A stretch of 61,649 bases of DNA, counting the filler. It is 7 parts of 7 records of this genome, joined end to end, with 100 filler letters (N's around TTAATTAATTAA, not from the genome) between each part and the next. Parts side by side here need not be neighbours in the genome. Positions count along the whole stretch, not along the records: positions 5,919 to 16,367 come from DRR723986_23312; positions 16,468 to 27,172 come from DRR723986_23334; 5 more parts are not named here. One strand, 5' to 3'. The notes under the pieces were generated by a model. The model was not told the origin of the DNA. It worked only from the letters and a program-made list of their open reading frames with translations, and ran no database searches. A program made the position numbers and the translations under genes. Positions 9,131-19,128 of this stretch are shown in pieces. Each line of letters begins with the position of its first letter. The first letter of the stretch is position 1.

Positions 9131-12100
9131 TTAGTGGTTGCCCGCCGGCACCTGTGATGACTCTTCGTCGTTGCCGTATGCATCGGCTGCCGAGCCATGG
9201 TGGTCACGGGCCAGCAGAATGTAGAACGCCGGCAGCACAAACACCGTGAACAGGGTACCAATGCCCAGACCAGCACTGATGGTCAGGCCGATAGCAAACC
9301 GGCTTTCCGCACCCGGGCCGATGGCAATCAGCAGGGGCACCATGGCGAAGATCAATGCCAGAGAGGTCATGATAATCGGGCGCAAGCGGATAGCCGCCGC
9401 CTCGATGACCGCATCGACCTTGTTCAAGCCCCGCTCTTTCTGCAACTGATTGGCGAATTCCACAATCAGGATGCCGTTCTTGGAGACCACCCCGATCAGC
9501 GTAATCAGCCCCACCTGTGTGTAGATGTTCATGGTGGCAAAGCCCAGTACGATGAACGCCATGGCCCCGGCTACCGACATGGGAACCGATACCAGAATGA
9601 TGATCGGGTCGCGCCAGCTTTCAAACTGCGCGGCCAGGACCAGATAGATCACCAGCAATGACAGTAAGAAGGTCACCATCAGAGCGCTGCCCTGGGTGGC
9701 CAACTGGCGGGTTTCCCCGGTGTAATCGTAGCTGAAACCCTGAGGGAAGACGTCGCTGGCGGTTTGCTCCATAAACTCCATGGCGGTGCCTGCCGCCACG
9801 CCCGGCATCACCACGCCCTCCAGAGTCAGCGAGTTTTGCTGGTTGAACTGGGTGCGGTTCGACGGCTCTACTTCCTCGGTAAAGCTGACGACGCTGGACA
9901 GCGGCACCAGTTCGCCATTGCCGGCACGGATGTAGTAGTCCTGCAGGGCTTCCTTGCTCGGGCGGAACTGATCATCCACCTGCGGAATCACCTGGTACGA
10001 CCGGCCTTCCATGTTGAAGCGGTTGATGTAGCCGCCACTAAGCATGCTGGCCAGGGACTGCCCAACATCCTGCATTGACAGGCCCAGATCGGCCACGCGA
10101 TCACGATCGACATTAATGCGGGTAACCGGCTTGTCGAAGTTGATGGACTTCTTCAGGAACATGAAGTTACCGCTCTGCATGGCCTTGCCCAGCATTTCAT
10201 CCGCCACCTGATCCAGCTGTTCATAGCTGCCGCCGGTGGTGATGACAAACTGGAACGGCAGGCCGCCGCCGGAGCCGGGCAGGGAAGGCCGGGGGAATAC
10301 CGCGGTCTGCAGCCCGGTGACCTTTTTCAATTCGGCATCCAGCATGGGCTGAACCTCGAACTGGGTAATCTCCCGCTCGCTCCAGGGCGCCAGCTTGAAG
10401 CCACCGAAGACGGCGTTGGGGCTGGTGATGCCCAGAATCATGAAGTCTTCGCTGTAACCCGGCACCTCAGACATCCGGTTCTGCACTTCCTGACCGTGGT
10501 CGTACAGGTAGTCCAGGGTGGAGGTCTCGGGCCCCAGGCCTTGATAGAACAGGATGCCCTGGTCTTCGGTGGGGGCCAGTTCGTTCTGACTCATCATCAA
10601 CATGAAGTAGATGGATCCAAGTACCACAAAGGCGAAGAACACCACGACGGACTTGGTTTGCATCAATGACGCCAGCGCTGCCTTGTAACCGTTTGCCAGA
10701 CCGTTGAAGCTCTTCTCGACAACCTTTTCAAAGCGGCCCGGGTCGCCGTGGGGTTTGAGGACCTTGGCAGACAGCATGGGTGACAGGGTCAGTGCAACAA
10801 TACCGGAAATGACCACTGTGCCGGCCAGGGTGAAGGCAAACTCGGTAAACAGTGAGCCTACGAGACCTCCCATAAAGCCGATGGGCGCATAAACCGCAAC
10901 CAGGGTGGTGGTCATGGCGATGATTGGGGTCGCCATTTCCCGGGCACCGTTGATGGCAGCATCGAACCGGGATTCGCCCTGTTCAATATGCCGATGCACG
11001 TTTTCCACCATGATGATGGCGTCATCCACCACCAGGCCGATGGCCAGCACCATAGACAGGAGCGTCAGCAGGTTCAGGGAGAAGCCGAACATCAGCATGA
11101 CAAAGGCGCCACCGATCAGGGACAGCGGAACCGCTACAGATGGCACCACTGAGGCTCGAACCGAACCCAGGCACAGGAAAACCACCACCAGTACGATGAT
11201 CATGGCTTCCAGCAAGGTCTGGATAACCTCGTTGATGGAATCGTCGATAAAGTCGGAAGCGTCGTAGGCCAGGCGTACATTCAGGCCGCTGGGCAACTGA
11301 CTCTCGATATCCGGCAGTTCTGCCTTGACCAGTTCAGCCACCGTCAGCGGGTTGGCTCCTGGTGCCAGCTCAATGGCCACATAGGTGGCTGGTTGGCCTT
11401 TGTACAGCGCCAGGCTGTCGTAGGTCTGGGAGCCCAGCTCCACCCGGGCAATGTCCTGCAGGCGGATCAGAGTGCCGTTTGACTGTTTAACCACCAGGTT
11501 CCGGAAGGCGTCCGGGTCGGCGATGTCGGTGTCGCTGGTCAGGCTGACCTCGGTGTACTTGCCGCGGGTCTTACCCACCGCGGCCTGATAGTTGTTGGCC
11601 CGCAATTTGGCAGCCACCTCGATCGGGGTCATATCCACGGCGGCGAGACGCTCCGGGTCCAGCCAGATACGCAGGGCAAACGTACGGCCCAGCAGTTCAG
11701 CCTTGCCCACGCCGGCCAGCGCCTGCAGCTTGGGCTGCACCACACGGGTCAGATAATCGGTAATCTGGGGGACATCCAGCTCGGTGCTGTAGAAGGCAAT
11801 GTACATCAGTGCCGTGCTGTCGCCGGTTGTAGAGGTGATAACCGGGTCCTCGGCTTCCGCCGGTAACACGTTGCGCTGACTGGCCACCTTGGCCTGGATC
11901 TCTGCCAGGGCATCGTTGGCGTCGTAGTTCAGGATCATCTTGGCCTGAATGGTCGATACGCTCTGGGAACTGGTGGACGTCAGGTAATCAATGCCGCTGG
12001 CTTCCGCAATGGCCTGCTGTAGCGGGGTCGTGATAAAGCCCTTGATCAGGTCCGAACTGGCGCCGGGGTAAGCCGTGGAGACGGTCACCGTGGTGCTTTC

Positions 12101-12220
12101 CAGCTCCGGATACTGCCGGATTTCCATCTCCATGGCGGCCCGCGCGCCGATCAACAGGATCAGCAGGCTGACCACCGTGGCGAGAACCGGCCGGTGGACA
12201 AAAATGTCGGTGAATTTCAT
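9131..12220 (-). CDS. RND efflux transporter permease (MexW/MexI-like)
   Basis: 1029 aa; FVHRPVLATV, AIGLVVDDAIIMVEN, KNGILIVEFAN, RLRPIIMT. Confidence 0.95.
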   Translation of the reverse strand: MKFTDIFVHRPVLATVVSLLILLIGARAAMEMEIRQYPELESTTVTVSTAYPGASSDLIKGFITTPLQQAIAEASGIDYLTSTSSQSVSTIQAKMILNYDANDALAEIQAKVASQRNVLPAEAEDPVITSTTGDSTALMYIAFYSTELDVPQITDYLTRVVQPKLQALAGVGKAELLGRTFALRIWLDPERLAAVDMTPIEVAAKLRANNYQAAVGKTRGKYTEVSLTSDTDIADPDAFRNLVVKQSNGTLIRLQDIARVELGSQTYDSLALYKGQPATYVAIELAPGANPLTVAELVKAELPDIESQLPSGLNVRLAYDASDFIDDSINEVIQTLLEAMIIVLVVVFLCLGSVRASVVPSVAVPLSLIGGAFVMLMFGFSLNLLTLLSMVLAIGLVVDDAIIMVENVHRHIEQGESRFDAAINGAREMATPIIAMTTTLVAVYAPIGFMGGLVGSLFTEFAFTLAGTVVISGIVALTLSPMLSAKVLKPHGDPGRFEKVVEKSFNGLANGYKAALASLMQTKSVVVFFAFVVLGSIYFMLMMSQNELAPTEDQGILFYQGLGPETSTLDYLYDHGQEVQNRMSEVPGYSEDFMILGITSPNAVFGGFKLAPWSEREITQFEVQPMLDAELKKVTGLQTAVFPRPSLPGSGGGLPFQFVITTGGSYEQLDQVADEMLGKAMQSGNFMFLKKSINFDKPVTRINVDRDRVADLGLSMQDVGQSLASMLSGGYINRFNMEGRSYQVIPQVDDQFRPSKEALQDYYIRAGNGELVPLSSVVSFTEEVEPSNRTQFNQQNSLTLEGVVMPGVAAGTAMEFMEQTASDVFPQGFSYDYTGETRQLATQGSALMVTFLLSLLVIYLVLAAQFESWRDPIIILVSVPMSVAGAMAFIVLGFATMNIYTQVGLITLIGVVSKNGILIVEFANQLQKERGLNKVDAVIEAAAIRLRPIIMTSLALIFAMVPLLIAIGPGAESRFAIGLTISAGLGIGTLFTVFVLPAFYILLARDHHGSAADAYGNDEESSQVPAGNH

Positions 12221-13317
12221 TACTCAGACGCCTCCTGGCCGGACTCGTCCTGGATTTCAACACGCTGGCCCGCGCGCAGCCTCAGCAGGCCCTTGGCGAC
12301 GACCGTTTCGCCTTCTTCCAGACCGGAAAGCACGGCTGAGCGGCCATCACGGACTTCGCCCGTGGTGACGGTGCGGCGGTTGACAATCAGTTCACCGTTG
12401 TCGTTTTCTTCAACCACATACACGAAATTGCCGTAGGTGTTGTAGGAAATGGCGGTGCGCGGCAGGGTAACCACTTCATTGTCCCGGGGCTGACCGGTCT
12501 GAATGGTGGCAAACATGCCGGGGCGCAGCAGGTTTTCTTCATTATCCAGGGTGGCGCGTATACGCACGGTACGGGTTTCCGGGTTTACCGAGGTGTTGAT
12601 AGCGCTCACCTCACCCTCGAAGGACTGGTCCGGCACAGCAGCGACCGTCACGGATACCGGGTAGCCCTGATCCACGTCCGGCAGAAATTTCTCGGACAGG
12701 GTATAGTCCACATAGATAGGGTTCAGCATGTTGATCTCGACGATCGGTGTGCCGGTGGCGACGTACTGACCCTGATCCACCATGCGGATACCCAGCTTGC
12801 CGTCGAAGGGCGCGCGAATCACCTTCTTGTTGAGCTGAGCTTCGGCCTCGTTGACACGGGCTCGGGCGGCATCGAAATTGGCTTTGGCCTCATCATACTG
12901 GGACTGAGACACGGCCCGCTTCGGCAGCAGATCCGAAACCCGCTTGAATTCCTGTTCTGCCAGTTGGGCTTCTGCCCGCCGTGTGCGCAGCGCTGCTTCG
13001 TCGATGGCGGCATCCAGGCGCACCAGAACATCGCCCTTGTTGACGGTATCGCCGGACTCAAAGCCAATGCTCTCAATCACACCGGGCACTTCGTTGGCCA
13101 CTTCGATGCCGTTGATAGCAGTGATGCTGCCGACAGCCTTGATCGCCGGCTGCCAGTTTTCGGTAGTTGCTTTGGTCACAGAAATGATGGCCGGCGGCTG
13201 TGGCTGGGACATCATTTCTTTCATCTGGCCGAACTGGTAGAACTTGTAACCAAAGATTCCACCCAGCACGACGCCGAGAAAAAGGAGAACGATGACGAAA
13301 CGGGAAGCAGTGCGCAT
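12220..13317 (-). CDS. RND efflux periplasmic adaptor (MFP)
   Basis: N-terminal TM, IRAPFDGKLGIR, LRPGMFA; its stop overlaps the RND start. Confidence 0.93.
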   Translation of the reverse strand: MRTASRFVIVLLFLGVVLGGIFGYKFYQFGQMKEMMSQPQPPAIISVTKATTENWQPAIKAVGSITAINGIEVANEVPGVIESIGFESGDTVNKGDVLVRLDAAIDEAALRTRRAEAQLAEQEFKRVSDLLPKRAVSQSQYDEAKANFDAARARVNEAEAQLNKKVIRAPFDGKLGIRMVDQGQYVATGTPIVEINMLNPIYVDYTLSEKFLPDVDQGYPVSVTVAAVPDQSFEGEVSAINTSVNPETRTVRIRATLDNEENLLRPGMFATIQTGQPRDNEVVTLPRTAISYNTYGNFVYVVEENDNGELIVNRRTVTTGEVRDGRSAVLSGLEEGETVVAKGLLRLRAGQRVEIQDESGQEASE

Positions 13318-13602
13318 AAGTCTGTTCCTGGGAGTGAATTTCCTGAATCTGATAAAGTCGCCCGGAAGGGAAGGCTGACAGCTATCCTTGCAAATCAGGG
13401 CTCGGGGACAAAGTTATAGAACGTCAGTTCAATTTAACGAATAGGATGCTACAAAAGCTATTGCTATTTGTCACCCGTTTGCATTCATGAAGCAGTATAA
13501 ATACTGCAGAATGATTACGCTGGTGTTTGGATGCCGGATTAGAGTAACAGCACCATGTTGAGTGTCCAACTGGTGGACTAAAACCTGACAGAGATACATG
13601 CA

Positions 13603-14109
13603 ATGCAACTGATTCTCGGCCTGGCCCTGGCTGCCGCTGTATTTGTGATCCTGAAAAAATGGGGCGCGCTGTCGCCGGAAGGGCAGAAGGCGGCAATCTG
13701 GAAAGTCATTCTGGTGGCTGGCGGTGCGCTGTTGCTGTTCATGGTGCTGACGGGCCGGGTGCATGTGATCACGGCCGGTATTGCCGCTCTTATTCCCCTG
13801 TTGAGAAAGTTGCCGGCACTACTGCGTTATGCGCCGATGTTTCGCAAGGCCATGGGCGATTCATCCGGTAATGACTCGACGCGCCATGCGAATGCCGGGG
13901 GCGATCGGGCTGCCACCCGGGGACCAATGAGCACGCAGGAAGCCTGCGATATTCTGGGAGTTAACCCCGGTTGCTCCCGTGAGGAGGTGACCGCTGCCCA
14001 CCGCAAACTGATGTTGAAGGTGCACCCGGACCGCGGCGGCAACGATTACCTGGCCGCCAAGCTCAATGAGGCCCGAGATGTCTTGCTGGGCAAGCGTAAT
14101 CAGGCCTGA
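13603..14109 (+). CDS. Membrane-anchored DnaJ-domain protein
   Basis: TM helices then [37 protein letters not shown] (HPD motif). Confidence 0.88.
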   Translation: MQLILGLALAAAVFVILKKWGALSPEGQKAAIWKVILVAGGALLLFMVLTGRVHVITAGIAALIPLLRKLPALLRYAPMFRKAMGDSSGNDSTRHANAGGDRAATRGPMSTQEACDILGVNPGCSREEVTAAHRKLMLKVHPDRGGNDYLAAKLNEARDVLLGKRNQA

Positions 14110-14904
14110 TCAGGGCAGAATTTCCACTTTGACGTCGATGGACAGGTTTTCTGCACGCTTGCCGTTCACACGGTAGGTGATGCCTTGCTGCTCCTGATTC
14201 ATGGAGGTGCGAGTTCCCCCGAGGCTGACCCATTGCCCCGGCTCGACCCGCCGGATGGTCATCAGGGCTTCGGTTTCGTAGCCGGGCAGTGCGGCGGGGT
14301 CTTCCTCAAAGGACACGATACTCAGCTCTACCGCCTGGTTCGAGATGGCCTGGGGGCTCACGACAAAGCCGCTTCGGGTTTCGACCTGCTGCAGTATGGC
14401 GGCGGGGTTGCGCCCACCCTTAACGGCAAATGGCAAGGTTCGCACATTGCCGGAGGTAATGTGGGCTGACTGGCCATCCTGCACGATCAACTGACGTTCA
14501 CGGGTTGAATTGGTGCTGATGGTGCGGCGTTCGACGCTGGCGCCGGCCGAGCCGTTCGAGAGGCTGACGCCGCCTCCGGATTGTTTGCCGCCGATGTCCT
14601 GACGGTAGCGTACGCTGATCCTCATCTGTACCGGCGGCACATCCATCGATTGCACCAGTGTTCCGATTTCGTCCAGCAGTGCGGGTTCGCCACGGACCAC
14701 CAGTTGTTGTCCGCGTGCCGTCACCGTAACCGGCGACTGTTGGTAAAGTTCGCGAATCTGTAGCGCAATGTCGTCGGCCGTTCGGTTGTTCAGCTCATAG
14801 ACCCTGGCTTCTGATTGTGCCCAAACGACGGTGGAAGCCGTTAACATCGCAAGAAACAGGGCAGGTATCAGCCAGAGAACGGAGCGGTGCTCGGTGTTTC
14901 GCAT
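14110..14904 (-). CDS. Secretin N-terminal/NolW-like domain protein
   Basis: Signal peptide, YELNNRTA, QLVVRG..DVPPVQMRISVR, QLIVQDGQSAHI, GQWVSLGG. Confidence 0.7.
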   Translation of the reverse strand: MRNTEHRSVLWLIPALFLAMLTASTVVWAQSEARVYELNNRTADDIALQIRELYQQSPVTVTARGQQLVVRGEPALLDEIGTLVQSMDVPPVQMRISVRYRQDIGGKQSGGGVSLSNGSAGASVERRTISTNSTRERQLIVQDGQSAHITSGNVRTLPFAVKGGRNPAAILQQVETRSGFVVSPQAISNQAVELSIVSFEEDPAALPGYETEALMTIRRVEPGQWVSLGGTRTSMNQEQQGITYRVNGKRAENLSIDVKVEILP

Positions 14905-14959
14905 GCAGGCCTCCAGAGCCATGACGGCCATGCCCGCATTAAATAATCCGTTTTGCGGG

Positions 14960-14989
14960 TTGCCATCGTTAAAACCGTAGGTATATAGT
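14960..14989 (+). promoter_or_regulatory. Candidate sigma-70 promoter for the leader/DAHP synthase transcript
   Basis: TTGCCA (14960-65), 18-nt spacer, TATAGT (14984-89). Confidence 0.55.
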
Positions 14990-14996
14990 GAAAAGC

Positions 14997-15134
14997 ATGA
15001 AGACCTTACACGCAGCCTGTCAATTGAATGTTCTGAAAGCTTTCGGTGAAAAACTGAAGGCCGCAGGCTCTGCTGTGTATTTTTGGTGGTTTGGTTATGG
15101 CTTTTATTTTAGCCAGAGCCCGGGCCGCCCATAA
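14997..15134 (+). CDS. Aromatic amino acid-rich attenuator leader peptide (45 aa)
   Basis: MKTLHAACQLNVLKAFGEKLKAAGSAVYFWWFGYGFYFSQSPGRP*; 9 of 11 consecutive codons are F/Y/W; directly upstream of a terminator and DAHP synthase. Confidence 0.85.
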   Translation: MKTLHAACQLNVLKAFGEKLKAAGSAVYFWWFGYGFYFSQSPGRP

Positions 15135-15202
15135 GATCTTCATCGACCGAATACAACGAGGAAGGCAGCCCGGCAAGCAACCCAGGCTGCCACCGGACTC
15201 CG

Positions 15203-15238
15203 AAAAGCCCCGACTGGTAGCCCAGCCGGGGCTTTTTT
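15203..15238 (+). terminator. Attenuator terminator hairpin upstream of DAHP synthase
   Basis: AAAAGCCCCGACTGG-TAGC-CCAGCCGGGGCTTTTTT, about 30 nt before the ATG. Confidence 0.88.
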
Positions 15239-15269
15239 GATTCTGACACAGGGAAACGGGAACACAGAC

Positions 15270-16322
15270 ATGAACATGCCGCTGAAATCTGAAACACTGG
15301 ATGCGCAAGCCTCAAGCGCCTGCCAGCACCGCCAGGAAGCGAGACTGCCCACCGCCGCCGAGTTGCGCCAGCAGTTTCCTGCCGATGAGCAACAGGTGCG
15401 GGCCATTGCCGGTTACCGTGATCAGATCCGCGCCGTGCTGCACGGTCAGGACGACCGCACCCTGATCGTGATGGGCCCCTGCTCCATTCACGACGAGCAG
15501 GCTGCCCTGGATTACGCCACCCGCCTGAAAGCACTGTCAGACGAAGTCAGTGACCGTTTCCTGATTGTCATGCGCGCCTACCTGGAGAAACCCCGTACCA
15601 CGGTGGGCTGGAAAGGCCTTCTGTACGATCCGGAACGCACCGGTCAGGGCGATCTGAAACAGGGCCTGGAGCGTTCTCGCAAGTTGTTGCTGGCGTTGTC
15701 CGAGCTCGGCCTGCCGCTCGCCACCGAAGCCCTGAGCCCGTTCATGATGGATTACTTGGGGGACCTGGTAAGCTGGACCGCGATCGGCGCCCGTACCACC
15801 GAATCCCAGATTCACCGGGAAATGGTCAGCGGCCTGCCCATGCCGACCGGGTTCAAGAACGGCACCGATGGTGGCATTACCGTGGCCAGCCACGCCATGA
15901 AGTCGGCCTCGCACCCGCACCACCACATGGGGATCTCCCATAGCGGCGCACCGGTGATGATTTCCACCGCCGGCAATCCGGATACTCATCTGGTTCTGCG
16001 CGGTGGCCGGGGTGTGACCAACTACGATGAACTGAGCATTGCCAAAGCGGTGGCAGAGCTGGAAAAAGCCGGCGTATCAACGGCGGTGATGGTGGACTGC
16101 AGCCATGATAACGCCTGCAAGCAGGCTGAGCGGCAGGTGGACATCGCCCGGGAAGTGATGGCGCAGAAGCGTAACGGCAATCGGCACATCAAGGGCCTGA
16201 TGCTGGAAAGCTTCCTGGAATTCGGCCGCCAGGACGACGGCAAAGAGCTGGTCTACGGGTGCTCGATTACCGATCCATGCCTGGGCTGGGAACAGACGGA
16301 GACTCTGATCCGCTCACTGTAG
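15270..16322 (+). CDS. 3-deoxy-7-phosphoheptulonate (DAHP) synthase, class I alpha (AroF/G/H family)
   Basis: GPCSIHD, MRAYLEKPRTTVGWKGL, IGARTTESQIHRE, GFKNGTDG, VDCSHDN, SITDPCLGW. Confidence 0.96.
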   Translation: MNMPLKSETLDAQASSACQHRQEARLPTAAELRQQFPADEQQVRAIAGYRDQIRAVLHGQDDRTLIVMGPCSIHDEQAALDYATRLKALSDEVSDRFLIVMRAYLEKPRTTVGWKGLLYDPERTGQGDLKQGLERSRKLLLALSELGLPLATEALSPFMMDYLGDLVSWTAIGARTTESQIHREMVSGLPMPTGFKNGTDGGITVASHAMKSASHPHHHMGISHSGAPVMISTAGNPDTHLVLRGGRGVTNYDELSIAKAVAELEKAGVSTAVMVDCSHDNACKQAERQVDIAREVMAQKRNGNRHIKGLMLESFLEFGRQDDGKELVYGCSITDPCLGWEQTETLIRSL

Positions 16323-16367
16323 ACAGCAGCAGTTGCCCGGCCAGCAATACCAGAATGCCCCCCATGG

Positions 16368-16467
16368 NNNNNNNNNNNNNNNNNNNNNNNNNNNNNNNNN
16401 NNNNNNNNNNNTTAATTAATTAANNNNNNNNNNNNNNNNNNNNNNNNNNNNNNNNNNNNNNNNNNNN
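16368..16467. other. Artificial contig linker
   Basis: N44-TTAATTAATTAA-N44. Confidence 0.98.
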
Positions 16468-16664
16468 TGCGTACATTAGCGGCTACACGCTAGCGTGCGG
16501 TCCCCAAAGAGGTTTGTAGAAACTCTTGGCTAGCCACCTTTGGAGCTGGAAGTATCGACGGCTAGCGGCTTGTCGCATCACGGATGCTTCAAATCGGTAG
16601 CAGCAGTGGCGACTTCCCGTTTGAGGGACGCTGCTGATTTTCACGAGAACACAAATCATCAATC

Positions 16665-18149
16665 TCATTGCACACGAATTCCGATGTTGATCAGTCGTCT
16701 TTGGAATCCCGATTGGCCAAAAACGACGCTGCCAACGCCTTGCGATTTTGATCCGACAACTTCAAAAGAGTACGTCCAGCGCGCATCTTTAAACGACGCC
16801 TGCCCCCCGCGAATGTCTTTGATATTCCCAAGGTCATCCCGAAACGAACGTTGAATGTCTTCGATTTGTGCTTCGGTTACCGAATCAAATCCACCGTACG
16901 CCTCGAACATTTTCAGTACTTCGTTCGCTGTGCCTTTCCCAAAGAGAGCAAGATCTTTCTTGGCGAATGGTTGCCAGTGATTGCGCAGAATGTCGGTGTT
17001 CATCCAGTTGAAATTGGATTCATCGTTGAAAAAATGGAATGATTCCACGTGATCGAACAACTCTTCAAATCGCATCGCCAAGTCGTAGTTTTCAAAGCTC
17101 GCTGTAAATCGCACTTTGCGGACCATGTTCTGAGGTTCAATAACAACCAGATTTGACATTGAGCCTGGAATGACCTTGCTGAACTTTCCGGCTGATTCAC
17201 TCGTTGCCTGGAGAAAGACGCCCAACAGTCGATTGTTGGCAATCCCGGCTTGTTCCTCATCCAGAAAGAGAGCCGCTAAATTTTCGAGACTGCCAGTTTC
17301 ACAGACACGCGCGAACCGTTCTGCGGACTCCGAGTTTTGGCTGACATAGTTCGCTTGGACGCTTTCACCAATTTTCATTCCATCCGGTGTCAATTCATCG
17401 TTGATCACGAATCGATTTTCACTCGCCAAGAACAACTGTTTGTCCGCTTTCTCGATGACCATGAATATCGAGATCCGTGGCTCGCCGTCAGTTCGGCTCG
17501 GCGGCGTGATGATAATATCCTGCAACGTGACCGCTTTCGCATCACCAAACATCTGGCGAATTGCCCCAACGAACTGAGCGATGTGCTCTTTTCTTGCCGA
17601 TTCACTCGGTAGAAAAGCCATGGTGGCATCTAAATCGCCTCGGAAAGCAGCTTTCCACAGTCCCTTGACGTTCTGGGCAATCCCCTGGACACCGGAAAGC
17701 GCATCCAGCGTAGTGGTGTTGAAGCCAGGGCTGCGTATTTCAATTCCCAGCAGCGCGAGTTCTTCGTCCCGTAGGATCAATATCGATGCCTTGTCGGTTT
17801 CTGCAGCGTCGGGGCTACGAAAGACGATTCGGGTCTCCATTCGGCCAAGTGTCGGGTGTGGTTCGACACTCATTCGCATCTTGTCATTGATGTCCGGCAG
17901 CTTGCGAGCGATGTGACTAAGGCGTGCTTCCATAGCGGTTCGGTCAAGATACGGAACAAGCTCGGGTGAGATCGCGGCAACAAACCCATCGATATCCTGC
18001 GCAGCGATCATCTTCAACAACTTCATGTCATCTGGATGAATCGGAATATTTTTCTGGTCGGTTTGTGCCAATACAGGCGGCTGTGCGAACGCTTCGGTGG
18101 TGAATGCCACGCAAAGGAAAGCCAGACTCAAAGACAATTGAATTTTCAT
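16665..18149 (-). CDS. Secreted hypothetical protein
   Basis: Long ORF with signal peptide MKIQLSLSLAFLCVAFTTEAFAQ; no family recognised. Confidence 0.65.
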   Translation of the reverse strand: MKIQLSLSLAFLCVAFTTEAFAQPPVLAQTDQKNIPIHPDDMKLLKMIAAQDIDGFVAAISPELVPYLDRTAMEARLSHIARKLPDINDKMRMSVEPHPTLGRMETRIVFRSPDAAETDKASILILRDEELALLGIEIRSPGFNTTTLDALSGVQGIAQNVKGLWKAAFRGDLDATMAFLPSESARKEHIAQFVGAIRQMFGDAKAVTLQDIIITPPSRTDGEPRISIFMVIEKADKQLFLASENRFVINDELTPDGMKIGESVQANYVSQNSESAERFARVCETGSLENLAALFLDEEQAGIANNRLLGVFLQATSESAGKFSKVIPGSMSNLVVIEPQNMVRKVRFTASFENYDLAMRFEELFDHVESFHFFNDESNFNWMNTDILRNHWQPFAKKDLALFGKGTANEVLKMFEAYGGFDSVTEAQIEDIQRSFRDDLGNIKDIRGGQASFKDARWTYSFEVVGSKSQGVGSVVFGQSGFQRRLINIGIRVQ

Positions 18150-18360
18150 GGAAGTGGCTGACAAAGGGCAATTCGGGAATGGCCAGGTTCTAGGTGGTTA
18201 CAGCTAGTTGCTCAGATGCCAGCTAAATCCCCAATCGGACACGCTTATTAGGTGTTTTCCAAAAAGGGGAACCTTTTTGGGAATTTTCCGTAACAACGGT
18301 CGCCCTTGTCCGCTTAGCAATCCAGAGCCTTTCGCTCCCGCGTTTCCAGGGAGAACAATC

Positions 18361-19122
18361 ATGACTCATTCACTCAGCAGCCTAACCGTCGCTCTTTTGA
18401 TGACTCTTTCCGTCGCAAGTCAAGCTTTGGCACAGGTCGGTCAGCCCGTTGACCCCGCCGAGCTTCTTCGTGACGGAATCTTGATAAACGAGAAACGTGG
18501 TATCGAAATAAGATGCCTGGGGACCGACGCAGACGATTCGATTAAGGTGACCTGCTTCCAAGACAGGATTGTGATTAGTCTGAATGAAATGGCTGAGACA
18601 GTTTTCGTCGGAATCGGAGACCAGGTTACAGTGAAGATTTGCGGCTTTGATGGAAATGATTACCTCGGAGTAAACCAGCACCTTCCGTTTCTTCCGTATC
18701 AAATCGATGGTGTGCTGATCGATGGTGGCAGTGGCGACGATGAACTCTATGCTGCTGCAGATGCGCCGGCCGCTTTGATCGGTGGTCTGGGCTCCGATTA
18801 CATCCTAAGCAATTGTGATACCAGTCTCTTGATGGGCGACGCCAGTTGGTACACCACACTGGGAAACGAACTGGCGGTCGACTTCAGCAGTGACACGGTT
18901 ATTGGCCTGGGCCCTCAACCAACCTTCGTGCGCATCGCGGTCGGTTTCCGATACAACTCCAACGTGAGCTGGGAGTTGTTCGACGAAGATCGAACTAATG
19001 AGGACAGCAACAACCCAAACGACGTTCTCACGCTTTTTGCTGAAGTCAATTCGGACGATTTGCTGATGCTCTTTATCAGCGACACTGACAACGAAGATTG
19101 GAAGGCACACCTTCCTCGCTGA
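18361..19122 (+). CDS. Secreted protein with RTX-like Ca-binding GGxGxD motifs
   Basis: SD AGGGAG, signal peptide, GFDGNDYL, DGGSGDDEL, IGGLGSDYI. Confidence 0.65.
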   Translation: MTHSLSSLTVALLMTLSVASQALAQVGQPVDPAELLRDGILINEKRGIEIRCLGTDADDSIKVTCFQDRIVISLNEMAETVFVGIGDQVTVKICGFDGNDYLGVNQHLPFLPYQIDGVLIDGGSGDDELYAAADAPAALIGGLGSDYILSNCDTSLLMGDASWYTTLGNELAVDFSSDTVIGLGPQPTFVRIAVGFRYNSNVSWELFDEDRTNEDSNNPNDVLTLFAEVNSDDLLMLFISDTDNEDWKAHLPR

Positions 19123-19128
19123 TCTGCT

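Noticed and set aside
16475-16580. Degenerate GCTAGC-centred inverted repeat at the contig start; similar weak palindrome near 26164-26200
   Set aside because: May be decayed planctomycete extragenic repeats, but they are too degenerate to define from one copy each.
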